This document shows positions 12,585 through 26,435 of a DNA stretch of 64,000 nucleotides, piece by piece. The stretch's first letter is position 1; each line of letters begins with the position of its first letter. Where the stretch lies: contig OX597815.1 in assembly GCA_951406725.2 (NCBI GenBank), forward strand, positions 22,754,001-22,818,000, read 5' to 3'. The notes below the pieces were generated by a model. That model did no database searches and had not been told where the DNA came from. It was given only the letters and a program-made list of their open reading frames with translations. This DNA comes from Octopus vulgaris (lineage: Eukaryota). The translations under genes were made by a program, and so were the position numbers.

Positions 12585-13130
12585 TCTGAATTTGTAGAAA
12601 AATATCATCCTAAAAGAGTATCTGCAGATTGTGCAGCTGCTTTATTTAATGACAGGGCTCTAGCACATTTTTGTAACATTTTACAAGGTAGGAAAAAAGC
12701 AGACTTCTCTTGATATGTTTCTAATGAAACAACCTGCAAATTTGAAAAGTGAAGAAAGGGTGTCCAAAAAGCCTAAATTAAGCGAAGTGAGAGAGAAAAC
12801 GCCAGAGATTGTTCTTCCTGAAGTCTTAATGGAAGGAGATTCTCCTTCCAAACAATAATCCTCCTCCTCCCCACTCCATCGTCTTCCACGTGCACAAATC
12901 ATCCCATCTTTAGGGTAATTAAATTGATAAAAACCAATTTACAGATTTCATTTGCATTCTCTTTTATTATGTTTTTATAATTGTCATTTTCCTTGTAACT
13001 TCACCTTTTCCACTTTAAAACCCAGAAAAAATATTTGGGGTAGTTTGGTGGGGGAGGGCTGGAACAAATTAATTATATTTCAATTAATTTCAATGGGGAA
13101 AATTGATTTGTAAAATGAGTACTGACCTGG
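12585..13130 (+). mobile_element. Tigger/pogo-like DNA transposon 3' fragment
   Basis: FVEKYHP...LFND.ALAHF.NILQGRKKQTSLD.FL plus subterminal GGAAC..ATTAAT...TTCAATGGGGAAAATTG typical of Tigger-like ends. Confidence 0.65.
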
Positions 13131-16029
13131 AACTAAACAACTGCTTCGTATATAACATACTCTTCCAATTAAATAGAATTAAACAACTGACAGTTGTAAT
13201 AACAAGAACATAGCAGATATTCTTCAATAAAAATAATACTCTTTATTCATATTATTCAATGGGAAAAAAAAATAATTACAGGAAGATGTAATAGAGTTTA
13301 AAGATTTCTCTCAATATGTAGAGAACTGGTACAGCAGTAAATTCACATTGTCAGGTGATGTAAACCGCACGACTAGAATGCCATATTTTGATGATACAGA
13401 ACTAGTAGACAGCACAGTGGAAGTTCAACCAGAATTAAAATATCTGGGAAAAACTCCAAACATGCAGAGGTAGGAAACAATGGGTGAGATAAGCAACTCT
13501 TTAACATTAGATAGATTCTTAAAATAATTATACATTTTTAATAGAATAATTATTGAAGTACCATACCAAGTTGAAGACATTTAATTGACAAGGTTGATTT
13601 TTATAGTTGGATATTAATTTTTGCAATAAAGTATAACCTATAAAAACATAGAAGTAAAAGAAAAATTACTAAGCTCCTAGTCATAGGTATCAATAAGTGA
13701 GTTAACAAAAGCAATATATCCCTCAACAAGATTTTTTTAAATCTAGTAATCCTTTATATTCAGCTGTTAAATCCTAATGTAATTATAAAACAAAAATGTT
13801 ACTCATATATGAAGCAAAAGTCTATAAGAAACAAGAAAGTGATTGAAAAAAAGAATAAGTTTCATGGACTGGGTTGTTAGCTATCAGTTTGTCATCTCAT
13901 GTAAATTAAAGATTTAAATTTTATTAATTTTATGTGAAAATAAGGAACTATTTCACTTGCCATCTTCTGGATGAGATTACTTGATGTAAATTGTTACATC
14001 TTCAGTGAGTCACTATGGAAATTTAAAATAAACTTTTAAATATCACTAGATCTTACATCATTTTGGCACAAGATTTTACATACTCAAATTTTTAGAGCAA
14101 TAATTCTGTGTCTAAAGTAGAACATAATGTCTATTTCAAGTTCGTTTTTTATGACTGAATGATTTTTTTCTTCCAAAACATCTTGCAAGTTTGTGGATTT
14201 CTTTTCTAATTATAATTTACCTATAATTCAATAAAGAATGTATTGTAATGCACAAAATTTATTGGCCAATTCTTTTATTTTGTTTCCTTTCTGTTGGATA
14301 CAATGAATGGATAGTTTCTAAGCTTTGGTATAGAGTTTTAACTAACCGCCCAGAAATTCATCACTACCACAGATTGCAGAAAAAGGAAAATGAACAACTG
14401 GTCGAATATATTCTTTGTCAGTATTATTTCACTTACAAAGCTTTAAAATATTTTCTTGCTAAGTTATAGCTTTTCCTTGTCTTAACTCATACCCTGAATA
14501 AAGTAATCCTTTAGTTAATAAAATGTTCAACAAACACAGAATCTTTGTATTAGAGAGAAACACAAAGATAGTAGATACAAACGTTTTCTAACACAAGTCT
14601 TTCATCTAACATCCCTACATATATACTATCTTTTGTAAATCATTGATTATAAATAGAACAACACTAAAATTAAAAGATTATGTTCATGTATACAAATCAG
14701 TGGGGAAAATTTCATATCTTTCTTTAAAAGAAACACCTATTTTCATCACAAATGCTTTTATCATGACTGAAATTTGTGACACAAAGTTAACCTATAAAAG
14801 ATTTCAAATAAACAATCATTAAGTTTATTTACAAACAACCATGTGTTTTCCAATACAGAATTAACAGCAATATATTACAGTGACTTAGAGATAGGTATCT
14901 AAAAGGAAACTACTTAGTATACCTACATACTAGCTTCTGATGAGTATAAAAACACTAATCTTGAAATCTGGAAAATAACAGTTATCACCACTCAAAAATG
15001 TCTACTTAACCTACAGAAAGAAAATTCACCAAAGATTTACTATCATAACATTCTCAAATATTACTGAAACTGAAAGACCCTGAACATTAATCTTCTGAAC
15101 AGAAAACTAAACATTAAACTTCATAACTTATAAATACTACAGTAAATTTATTCTTCTATAAGTTTGTACTCTAAATGCAAAACTTTCAAGTTAACCTCTT
15201 ACAAAGACCAACACAACAAAACAGGAGTAAACATTAGTCTGAGTCCAAGACATTCTTGTGGGTATTAATTAAACTAGTAATAATTAACAGTAAATTTAAT
15301 ATCAATGTAGAAATTCATAAATTTTCTTTCCAGCTTTACATAACAAGCTCAATGTACACATCCCTACTTAAATATGTTTACAACCAACTACTACCACATA
15401 TAAGGTTCCATAAAATAAACTACACAAATTTTATCAGTTAACCTTTACAAAACCTATATTATACTTTAAGCTATTAACGAAATCTCTAAATTTTAAGAAT
15501 AGGCTATTCAAGATTAAAGAAGAAAAAAAACATCTTTTTAGAGAAATCACAGTTAACTTTCACTATCATAAAGATCTATTTTATAAATGGAGAACATTTA
15601 TAATAGTTTTACTAGTTCACTGAAATAAATATTTCACATTATTTTACTTATATTATGACCCCAATACATATATATAAGCAACATGTGACTCTTTATTTTT
15701 CCTTCTTCCCTTCCAGCTTTCTCACTTTTGTAAAATATCTTTCTATAAATTACATATATAAAACTCACTTTAAGAAAATGTATACCAATATAAATTCAGC
15801 TCAACTATTATAATACAATAACATGTATTCTGTGAAAACCTGTTTTCATTTTTTACTTACATCAAAAAGTTAAACTTGTTTTACTTATATTATGTGTATA
15901 TATATGTATATATATATATATATAGATATATATTATATATATACATATGTCTATATATTCTTTTATTTGTTTCAGTCATTTGACTGCAGCCATGCTGGAG
16001 CACTGCCTTTTTAGTCGAGCAAATATTCA

Positions 16030-17440
16030 GTTTTGGACGCTAGTAGCGCCGGGCTCGCAATTTTTCAGCATTAAACTACATATCATTATCCTCAGCCCAT
16101 TTGTAAATTGAATCCAACTCCTGTTGCAGATGTGCAACATCGCTGGGGTTCTGTATTTTCTGCGACACTTTCGTACCGTCTGCGTAGCTTACAAGAGTTC
16201 TAGCTGTTTCGGTTTTTCCCAGTAGCTGAGCTGTTGCAAAGAGACGATCTTTGTGAAGATTCACTGGATTACTTCAAGGTCCGCTGTTAATTTTAAACTG
16301 TTGGATGACCATAGCTGGGAGCAGTAATCCAGGTGGCTGAGGACGAATGTCCTCCATAGGACCATTATGGTTTCCTTATCTCTGGTTCTGAATGCTCTCA
16401 GGATCCATCCATCCAGTCATCTGCACTTTGTCACCATCCTGGTAATGTGCACTTGGAAAGAGGTATCATCATTCATATCGATACCCAGGTGCCTCACTGA
16501 TTTAGGCTCTGGGATTGAAATTCCCTGTGGACCAGTGTACTCTGTAAGATTCATATTCAGTTGTGGACAGTGGTGGAATTTTTCAGCATTAAACTGCTTA
16601 TTATTATCCTCAGCCCATCTGTAAATTGAGTTCAACTCCTGCTGCAGATGTGCAACATCACTGTGGTTCTTTATTTTCTGCGACACTTTCATATCACCTA
16701 AGTAGCTAGCAAAGGTGACTATCCAAGCAGTTGAGTGCATATCTGAGAAGGCCACTATGAAAAGCAGTGGTCCCAAAACAGTGCCCTGTGGAACACTGCT
16801 CACTATTTGTTTTCATTGAGGTGGCTCCATTGGCCACTACTGCTTGACTTTCAGAAAGTCATGTAACCACTCTCCAAGTTTTCTAGCTATGTCAAGATCA
16901 CAGAGTTTGTGGCATCTCACACCATGATCCATCTTGTCAAAAGCTTTTGCAAAATCAAGGTATATTACGTCCACATTTGAGTTGTTGAGTAACTGCTCAA
17001 CACCCAGTCATAATGTTGTAAGAACTGGGTCAGGCAGCTCCTATCTGGTCAGCAATTTATTTTCTTCAAGGAATGCAATTAGTTTCCCTTTGCTGATGTG
17101 TGAAGTCAGAGAGATAGGCCTATAGTTTTTGGCATCTGCTCTGCTTCCCCCTTTATGGATTGGGCATATTATTCCCTCTTTCAGCTTAGTTGGCAGTCTG
17201 CCATTTGCAAGAAAATTCTGGGAGAGAATCTGGAGAGGTTTTGCCAGGGCATGCTTACACGATTTGAGAATTGCTGGGAGACCATTAGGACCAGCAGTTG
17301 AGTTTGCATCCACCTCATTTATGGCTAGTAGTATATCTTTTTCGCTAATGTCAATGTATTCTATTGTAACTGCCTTGCTGGTTAAAGATAAGGCAGCAAT
17401 GAAGTCCACTGGTTCGTTCACTTGTCTGTGTTCCCTCCAT
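16030..17440 (-). mobile_element. Second degenerate copy of the CR1/L2-group LINE (with internal duplication)
   Basis: AGPNGLPA.ILKSC, KNYRPISLTSHI, YLDFAKAFDK, SVPQGTVLGPLLF, YADGTKV; homologous to 2990-4000. Confidence 0.88.
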
Positions 17441-17638
17441 GGCTCCTTTTCCTTATTATGATGCATTGGTAAAAATATTGGCGTGATGACTGTGCAGGCA
17501 TCGGGGGAGGCCATCCCATGTCTGTTCACTGTGGTGGTCTTGCGCAGTGGTGGGCACAGTTCCTTGCTTATGCTTGGTCTAGCCAGTTCAGCTGCTACAC
17601 AATCTCTTGTGCCATGTACAAAAGAGACTCTTGCTCAG

Positions 17639-18283
17639 CATGCTGTCTTCACTTCAGCTTAGAAGCTACTAAGCTATGAGGAAGAAAGACTTCTCCTTTA
17701 TTAAATACTAACTGATACCAGCTATTAACTTAGTATTTAAGTATATAATATGTATAAATATTAAACTATTTCGATGTAATTTCTTTTCCTCCCTCTATTG
17801 TAGTAAAATTTGGTATATACTCAAAAGTATTCACCTTTTGTTATATTATTCTTCTTAATAATCTTCTGAATGACCCTAAATTTTAAATTTATACAATATG
17901 TCAATATTGTTTAAAATATTTAACTATAGTACCCCATAATAGAATTTCCCCCGTATCATTATCAATGGTCAACTAGTGGCTTGCCCCTTTTAATTGTCAG
18001 CTAACATATTGATTTAAGATTTCCTTTACCAAATCTCATATTGTTTCAAATTAATCTTGATAGTTTTGTGACTATACCCACTATGATTTCTGTCGACTCC
18101 TTCAGCCCCCTTCTTAGAGGCACTGCTCTTTGTTCTTTGACCTTAGATTTTGATATACAAAGATTTGATAACAAGACTATAAATTAAAACTGACCCAAAA
18201 AAAAAACAGTGACAAGCTAGATCTCTAATAAGTCTTTCTTCCTGATACCTTAGTAGCTTCTAAGCTGAAGTGAAAACAGCATG
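17639..18283. repeat. Segment bounded by ~53-bp imperfect inverted repeats
   Basis: CATGCTGTCTTCACTTCAGCTTAGAAGCTACTAAG...AAGACT vs AGTCTT...CTTAGTAGCTTCTAAGCTGAAGTGAAAACAGCATG. Confidence 0.75.
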
Positions 18284-18370
18284 ATTTTTGTTCATCTCCT
18301 TCCTTTCTTGGAGGTTCTAGGTAAAATTATTCTAATGTGTCTATCTGTTTTAATTTAATTCTATGCATTT

Positions 18371-18458
18371 ATGCAACTGAGGATTGCTCTGCATTTAAAT
18401 TGATGTAATGATTGCATTATTCAATAAAATGGAGTTGCTTGAAACAATTATACTGCAT
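18371..18458 (+). ncRNA. Decayed type I hammerhead-ribozyme-like motif
   Basis: ATGCAA-CTGAGGA...GAAAC-AATT-ATA-CTGCAT; homologue of 4889-4978. Confidence 0.5.
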
Positions 18459-18488
18459 TACCTCTGGATATCCTTACTGCTTATTTTG

Positions 18489-18725
18489 ATATATATATAT
18501 ATATATACATATATATATACATACATACATACACACATATATACATACACACATATACATATATTACATACATATATACATATACACATATACATATATG
18601 TACACATATATATACACATATAACATATATACACATACATACACACATATAACATATATACACATATACATACACACACATATACATACATATATATATA
18701 CATATACATATACACACACACGATA

Positions 18726-18762
<37 letters not shown>
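18489..18762. repeat. Compound (TA)/(CA) microsatellite
   Basis: Seen directly. Confidence 0.95.
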
Positions 18763-18768
<6 letters not shown>

Positions 18769-19408
18769 AAAGGTTTTGCCTCATTTTCAACTCTCAGTAT
18801 TTTTCACACACACACACATACACACATATATACATACAAAGATATCCCTTCTTGAAACAAATTCATATTCACTTTATACTGATTTCAAAATAACATTTTT
18901 ATTCAAATGGAAATTTTCAAAATCCCAAATCAAAATTAACTGCTGAAGAAAATAACTTTTAAAAAAGTACCTTACTGATATCATTAAAACACTTCCCTAC
19001 ATATTTCACTAGAATGAGGAATGTGTCATATATAAAAGCTAAAGCTGAAGCTGAACCCATCTTTCAGTTTGGTAAAAATGATTACAATGCCATAAGGGTA
19101 TCATTCACTAGGATTTCTTCTAATTCAATTTACCTTTTAGTTTCATAATAGAATATCTGAAAAGTTTAATCATTAATTAAGCTACTTTGACTGATGAGGG
19201 GAAACAGCAGGTCAGGGATGCTTTAAAATAGGAATTAGAAGCTGCTGTATATTAAACACTTGATTTCCTTTAAAATCAACTCAGTAATTAAGACGAGATT
19301 TGGTATTAATGTTAAAAGCTCTCATTTTAAGAATTAAAATTTCTATTTGCTTACCTCACTTCAAAATCTTTTTATCATGTATGCATGTGGTATATGTGTG
19401 CATGCATA

Positions 19409-19447
<39 letters not shown>

Positions 19448-20664
19448 TGTGTGTTTGTGTGTACTACCCAGGCACATTATGTACAAATATCTCTAGTGTA
19501 ATCTACCTTTGGACATTTAAAGTAACATTCATAATGTTTCCACCATTAGATCATTTAGTTCTTGAAAATAGGACAGATATTTTGAGAATGCATTTTCAAA
19601 ACAATTATAATAACAGGATTTTATTTCAAGTGAATAAAAAATAATAATAATATTAATAATGAAAGTAACAGGTTTTTACTTTTTTTGTTTTTTTCTTTTT
19701 GTCCTTTTTCGTCAAAAAATGAATTACATTTACAGTGTGCAGTTACAAAAAACAATATGTGTTTATTCAATATAACATTGCTGAAAAGCCTACTTTCAGT
19801 AGGTAAGTCAGAATAACAAAATCACAGTCAAAGAGATGGCCTGAAGCATTAATAAAAAATAATTTGATAGAAACTCATCAACTTCCATGATGGAAAAAAA
19901 TGCAATGCATAAAAAGATTGTTTCAGTAAAATTATATTTGATAATTGAAAAAAAAAAAAAACCATGGAAGAAGAGAAATAGTTAATTCAGCAAACCATCC
20001 TCTGTGTACATTAATTACAAAGCCAAGCCATGAAGTAAGCTTGAACCTGTTCACCAAAAAATTCAGCACATATTGTCCATCTTGGTCATAAAGTGGACAT
20101 AAAAACTTAAATGATTTAAAAGAAAGTAAATGAATGGAATAACAAGAATAACAATAGAACAGCAGAAACAATAGAAGTGGCAATGATGATATATCCCAGA
20201 TATGAAGAGAAAGCTGAAAAGAAAATTTAAACAAAATTCATATTTTCACCAGCAATTTCATAAGAGTAAATTTAACAATGTGAATTACCTGACAGATTTC
20301 CACACAGTGTAATAATAAACTGTTGATAACAAGGAATGACCAAGCAGCAATAATTCACAAAAATAGTTTTTAGTCAAAGACATTGCTTTGTTTATTTATA
20401 TATATATATATACATAGTTTATAAATGTATCCTTTTTTTTCTTTCTTTCTTCATATAAAAAATGGAGGGATTGTGACAATAATGTATGGTTATGTTTCTC
20501 ATCACCCCACATTTTAGAGATCATTCTAAGACCACACAGCCAATCTGCAATAACTTTAAAGAAGATTTAATATAGTGTTCCAAAATCATTTCTGTTCAAG
20601 AATTCAAACTTGGAGGAAAATATTCAAATTCAACCCCAGCTTAAAGATTTTGCTTCCTTTATAC

Positions 20665-20704
<40 letters not shown>

Positions 20705-23339
20705 TATATATAATTTTTTTTTTTTAATGTTACTAATCATACTTCTAATTTTGAACATTTTGAATTTCTAAATAATTAGAATATTAGAATCAGTTAACGT
20801 AATAATTCCTGCTAAGAAAACATTACAAAATGTGTGTTTCACAAAAGATTATTGGTCATGGAACACTGAACTTGGCATTTCTATATGCCATAAATATCAT
20901 TGCAGAGATTGGCTGCATTTTGGGATATGTTTTAAAACCTTTTGTCATGGTAACCAAAAGGAGTGATAGTCAGTGATCCCTTAAGGTTAGTTGCAATTCC
21001 TTTTGAGATCTTTTTTTCTTTTTTTAATATTTTCTTCCATCCAATCAACCAGCCAAGAAACAAACTGATATAAGATTTAAACAATTTTTACCCTAGATAG
21101 ATGTCAAAGTAATTTTTCCTATAACTTACACACAGCTTATAAGACCATCAATCAATTCTAGTTTCTGCAAAAAGAACAAATGCATCATGTATTTAAAATT
21201 CTAGGTTTGGTAGCTAATTCACAAAACAGATAAACAGAAATAAATAGAACCAAATATATAACAACTACTGAACCAGAAATCCAGAAATATACCCTAGCAC
21301 TTAGTCATCTTGCTTTGTGAATATATATATATATATATTGCAAACATAATGACTCGAAGAATTAGGATGTCCTTGCCAGCAATGTTTATAAGCTAAGGCA
21401 AATGATGAGTAAATTCAATGTCAATTCTGAATCCTATTATCCATCATTTTGCAAATTTAGTATTTATTTATTAGACAAGATAAAACATATTTACTTTATA
21501 GTAATTGAGAAATATATTAAATCTCTTTAAAAATCATTACCAAGTAACATTTATACAAGATGCCAAATCAAAGCAGAAGCTAAGAGTAATGTTAAATAAG
21601 TGAACACTAGGTTTAAACAATTTTGGAGTCATTCAACTAATAAAAAAAAATGTTTAGTCGAAGAAAAACCAGTTTCAGTGCTTTAACTATAAAAACAGGA
21701 TCAAAATAAACAAAATTAAGCTCAATAAAATGTAATTAATATAATTGATAGTTAAAAGAAATATATAAAAAAAACTATTGTTATAACAAATATTTGTGAA
21801 GCAGATGTAACTAATTCTTTATTAGTATATGCATATGAATAAATCAGAAGGAAAGTGTAGTTTTTTCTATAAACATGGGGCAGGAAACTAAGAATTCTAA
21901 TTCTGTTGCTTCCTCTTTTTATATAGTAACAGCAAGCCCTAAATTTATTATTAGTCTTAGATTAAATTTTATTTAATTTTCAATGCTATTGTGTTTGCTC
22001 CACTAAATAATCATTTCATTTAACATTATGCAAACTTAAAATAAGCTAGTAGTCATATTATAGAGCAACATCAGCGAGTTACAAGAACTACTGCAAGAAT
22101 CAATCAGAAAGATGCAAGAATACATCATAAACGAGAAAATAACAGTAACTACACAAAATTCTGAAAGATTTGGAGTTCGATTTAGTGGTTTATAGAATAC
22201 AAATTAGTTACTGCAAATGGATATTAATCTAAAACCTATAACAGATGGGGACTTATGAGCCTATGGTGATGTAAGTAATAAGGATTGATAATTTCAAATT
22301 GCATATAAATTAAGGCTTCAAATGATTTGGCTCTATAAAATCCACTACCTAATGGCGTTTTGCTTATATTTTTACATCCATCTTTTAAAAGCTAGCATGA
22401 ATAGGATGAATTTTGCAGGGAGAGTTGTTTTATAGCTATATGACTTTCCAACTATTAATCACTCCATACAGAAAAAGTAGAAGTGAGGTAATACTGGAAT
22501 TATTTTAAGTCATATAAACTACTGCATGCAGAATTATATGCCTTCCATGGATACAACACAATAGTTGGAGAAAGATTATAATCCTTGGCCATCTGAGCAG
22601 TAGTTCAGTATAATCTCATAGATGTTATATATATCCAAAATATTTTTAATGTTTGACGATCAGCATTTTACCAAAATCTTAATTGAAAAGTATTTTGTTA
22701 TTTAAGAATATATTTCAAAAAGTAAATTCAAAAGTAAAAATTCATATAAACAATAATTGAAGTCACTAAACAAATGAAGAGAAAATTTGAAACTTAATAA
22801 TGATCGAACAATACCTGAGCTAGTTTGAGTGCATGCTTATTAGAAACTCCAAGAATTATAAGAAATGTTTTAGACATTTAAAACAAAGAAGAACAGGTTT
22901 CATTTTAAACTAAAATCCAGAAAGTAAGAAATAGCTTTTATTTTTAAATGCAATCATGAAAGGATAAAAAAAAATATTTTAAATCAGTTAACTTTTTTCC
23001 TATCATAATCAGCATTAAATAAATCACAAGGCACTTTACAGAAGATGTATTGTGAAAATGGCATTTAATAAGTGCAAATATTATTTCTTATTCCAGCCTC
23101 AAATAGAAATTTAAGATTGAATTAAAGTTCTTTTAATCAAAACTGCATTACAAAGAAGTTGCTTTCCTGACAAAATAATTCAATTATTTTGAATATAACC
23201 AATTTTGTGTTTTGCATAACTTAATCTATAACAAATAGGAACTGATGGCTATAAAAACATTTACCATGCATTGTTTTATCTGAGCACAATATGAATCAAA
23301 ATGGTTAAACACTGAACACTAGATGCATTATGGCATTGC

Positions 23340-23543
23340 AGGGACTCGGTTAGTGCAGGTGCCACTTAAAAGCACCCAGTCCACACTGTAAAGTGGTTGG
23401 TGTTAGGAAGGGCATCCAGCTGTAAAAATCCTGCCATATCAATTACAGAAGTCTGGTGCAAGGCTTCTGCCTGGCCGGCCCCTGTCAAACTGTCTCACCT
23501 ATGCCAGCATGGAAGCTGAATTGATGACGATGATGATAATGAT

Positions 23544-23545
<2 letters not shown>
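23340..23545 (+). mobile_element. RTE 3'-end copy (diverged)
   Basis: GTGGTTGG..TTAGGAAGGGCATCCAGC...GCATGGAA...(GAT)n. Confidence 0.8.
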
Positions 23546-23589
<44 letters not shown>

Positions 23590-26265
23590 TATTTTTCAGA
23601 AAACAACACTAACTATAAAACAAAAACATTTCCAATATGTAAAATTCATGTCACTTAATAACAAGCTACTTATTTATCAATAACAATAGTTTACAAATAT
23701 GATGTATCAAGATGTGATTTCAACAGTGTAACATTTTATTGAATGCCAATACTTTAAGTATTTATACAAATCAATTTTTAGAAGAATCAAATGGGAAAAA
23801 AAATGTGAGTTTCAAATTTTAGTACAAGATCATCAATACTAGGACAAGTTGATTACATTGATCCCAGTACTGAGCTGACACTTATTTTATCAACCCTTAG
23901 AGGATGAAAAGCAAAGTTGACCTTGGCAATATCTGAACTCAGAATGTAAAGAGCCAGAAGAGAGGACACTAAGCATTTTGTCCAAGGTAATAACATTTCT
24001 GCCACCTCATTGTTTTAAATAGAGAAACTTTGAAGTACCATTTGCAATGTTTCCACCATTAGGCTATTCTAAATTTGGAAATGTAAAACAAAGATGATAT
24101 TTCTAAACAAGTAATAATTAATCAAATTAAATTAGCTTTTAAAACAAAAATTCACAACAACTGCTATGTTCATATCTCTAAATTAAAACAAAATCATCTA
24201 ATTGGTTAAGATGTGACAACTATTGTTTGATTTTAGACCCTTTGTGAAAGAAATATAAAATCAAACATTTTATATAAGATTTGTTTCACTGCTATGTAAC
24301 ATTACCAATAAAAGAGTGACAATAATTTGGTTATACACATGCTACTAGCGTTCCAATTAATAAACACTGATTTTAACTTTTTTAAATCTCAAAAGGAAAG
24401 CAAAAATTTATTTTCTTTAATATTTACATTTTTCCATAGTTTGAAAAAAGAATTATGTATTTGAATGGACTTGATTTTGGATTTTAAAAAAATGCAAAAT
24501 AAAGAAAAGATTTTGCAAGATTAAATTGTTAGTTGATTGGTTGATTTGGTAGAGCATATGAAGGCACAAATAATGTAGGCACCAAATATAATTCTTTAGG
24601 TGATACAGGCTTGTATCCCTAACACAACATACACATTAAAAAAATAAATTTAAGAAATTGGAATTTGATCAGACATTTATCTAACATTACCAGTTTGTGA
24701 TAAATTAACAAAATATGCATGATAAGGAAACAAGAGTTTAGCTTTAGGACTTATCAAGTTCTAGAGTAAGTTTGTTTCAGTACTTTCACTTTCACAATAT
24801 TTCAAATAGCAGGTTTCTTAGACACCTTCATTCATTATAATGCTGTGCATTTAAAACAAAAGAAGAGGCATAAATGTACATTTTTTTTTTGTGTTTGCCT
24901 TTAACAATTGTTTTGTTTTAAAACCCCAAAAGTAGGGCACCAGAAAATATGGCACTAATCATGCCATATTTTTCATAGAGAAAAAAATATAAATTCCAGA
25001 CTACAAAAGGGAACAATCCAAAATGGAAATGAAATAATACAAAGCAATGAACCTCACTAAAGTAGATCTGTACATCCAAATGGGATATCCTTTTAATGAA
25101 AAAAAGAGAACTTGAAAAATTTTTTAAAATCTATGTGACTTGGTCTGAAGATTGAAAAGGATATGTACCAAAAAAAAAAAATCAACTTAGAAAATAAAAT
25201 ATAAATCATACATTTGTCAAAAACTTACTGAATTGATTTTGTAAAGATGAAAGAAAAGATTACACCCAAAAAGGGGGGAAAAAAAGAATTATTAAAGAAA
25301 ACTGTAAAGATGTAATTAAAAATTTGGATTGTTTCTAACAAGAACATTTTTTTAATGTAAATTAAGCTAAAAATATTAAAATGAAATAATGTTTGTAACA
25401 TTGATTTATAATAAGCTGTCAACTAATATCCAAAATGTTACTTTAAAATATAACAAGGTGGAATATGAATTTATATGTACAAATTTCCCAAAACATTTTA
25501 AATAAAACATTCTCATCTCATTAATTGTGTTATTAACAACTCGAAGAAATTTTAAGAAACAATGAGAGGAAAATGAACCAATCACTTCCTAAAAATTTTC
25601 ATAATTGATGCAGTGTAACACTTCACTCATAAAAGTTTTCATTTAGAGTACTTAAACTTCCCCCAAAAATATCAACTTTAAGTCTTTTTTGTAAATCACA
25701 GATATAGTAAAGGGATAATATTGAATTTAGGAAACTATAAACACTGCCATGAATGAAACATAGTAATTTTAAACTAATAATGCATAATTGATAATACCAA
25801 ACCATGGATAACACAATTATGTTTGAAAAGATTATAATTTCTAAATCATTATGATTTCCAAAAACAGAAATAAAGTGAAGTATCTTTATCAAGATTAAGA
25901 CAAGCTCAAAATCCATTAGTCAAAAGTTTCATACATGATTCATTTGTCTAATTTATAAACATTATAGTGACAGACAATGATAGACAAAGTTGTTTTTTGT
26001 AAAAAGGAGGAACAATAAATTCCATTAACCATGGTACCTTGGTATATTTTACATATACATATATTTATACATATGTATATCATCATCATCATCATCATCA
26101 TCAACGGACGTTATGACGATGATGATGATGATATACACATATATATACACATATATATATATATACACATATATATATATACATATACATATATATATAC
26201 ATATATATACACATATATATATACACACATATATATACATATATAAACATATATATACATATATG

Positions 26266-26435
26266 TCACTACACTCATGGAGTGGTTGGCGTTAGGAAGG
26301 GCATCCAGCTGTAGAAACACTGTCAGATCAGACTGGAGCCTGGTGCAGCCTTCTGGCTTTCCAGATCTCAGTCGAATCGTCCAACCCATGCTAGCATGGA
26401 AAATGGACGTTAAACGATGATGATGATGATGATGA
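26266..26435 (+). mobile_element. RTE 3'-end copy within TA-rich microsatellite
   Basis: Matches 12070-12240. Confidence 0.88.

Noticed and set aside
19191-19217. CTGATGA-GGG-GAAAC-AGCAG-GTC hammerhead-like string
   Set aside because: No room for stem II and no stem I pairing
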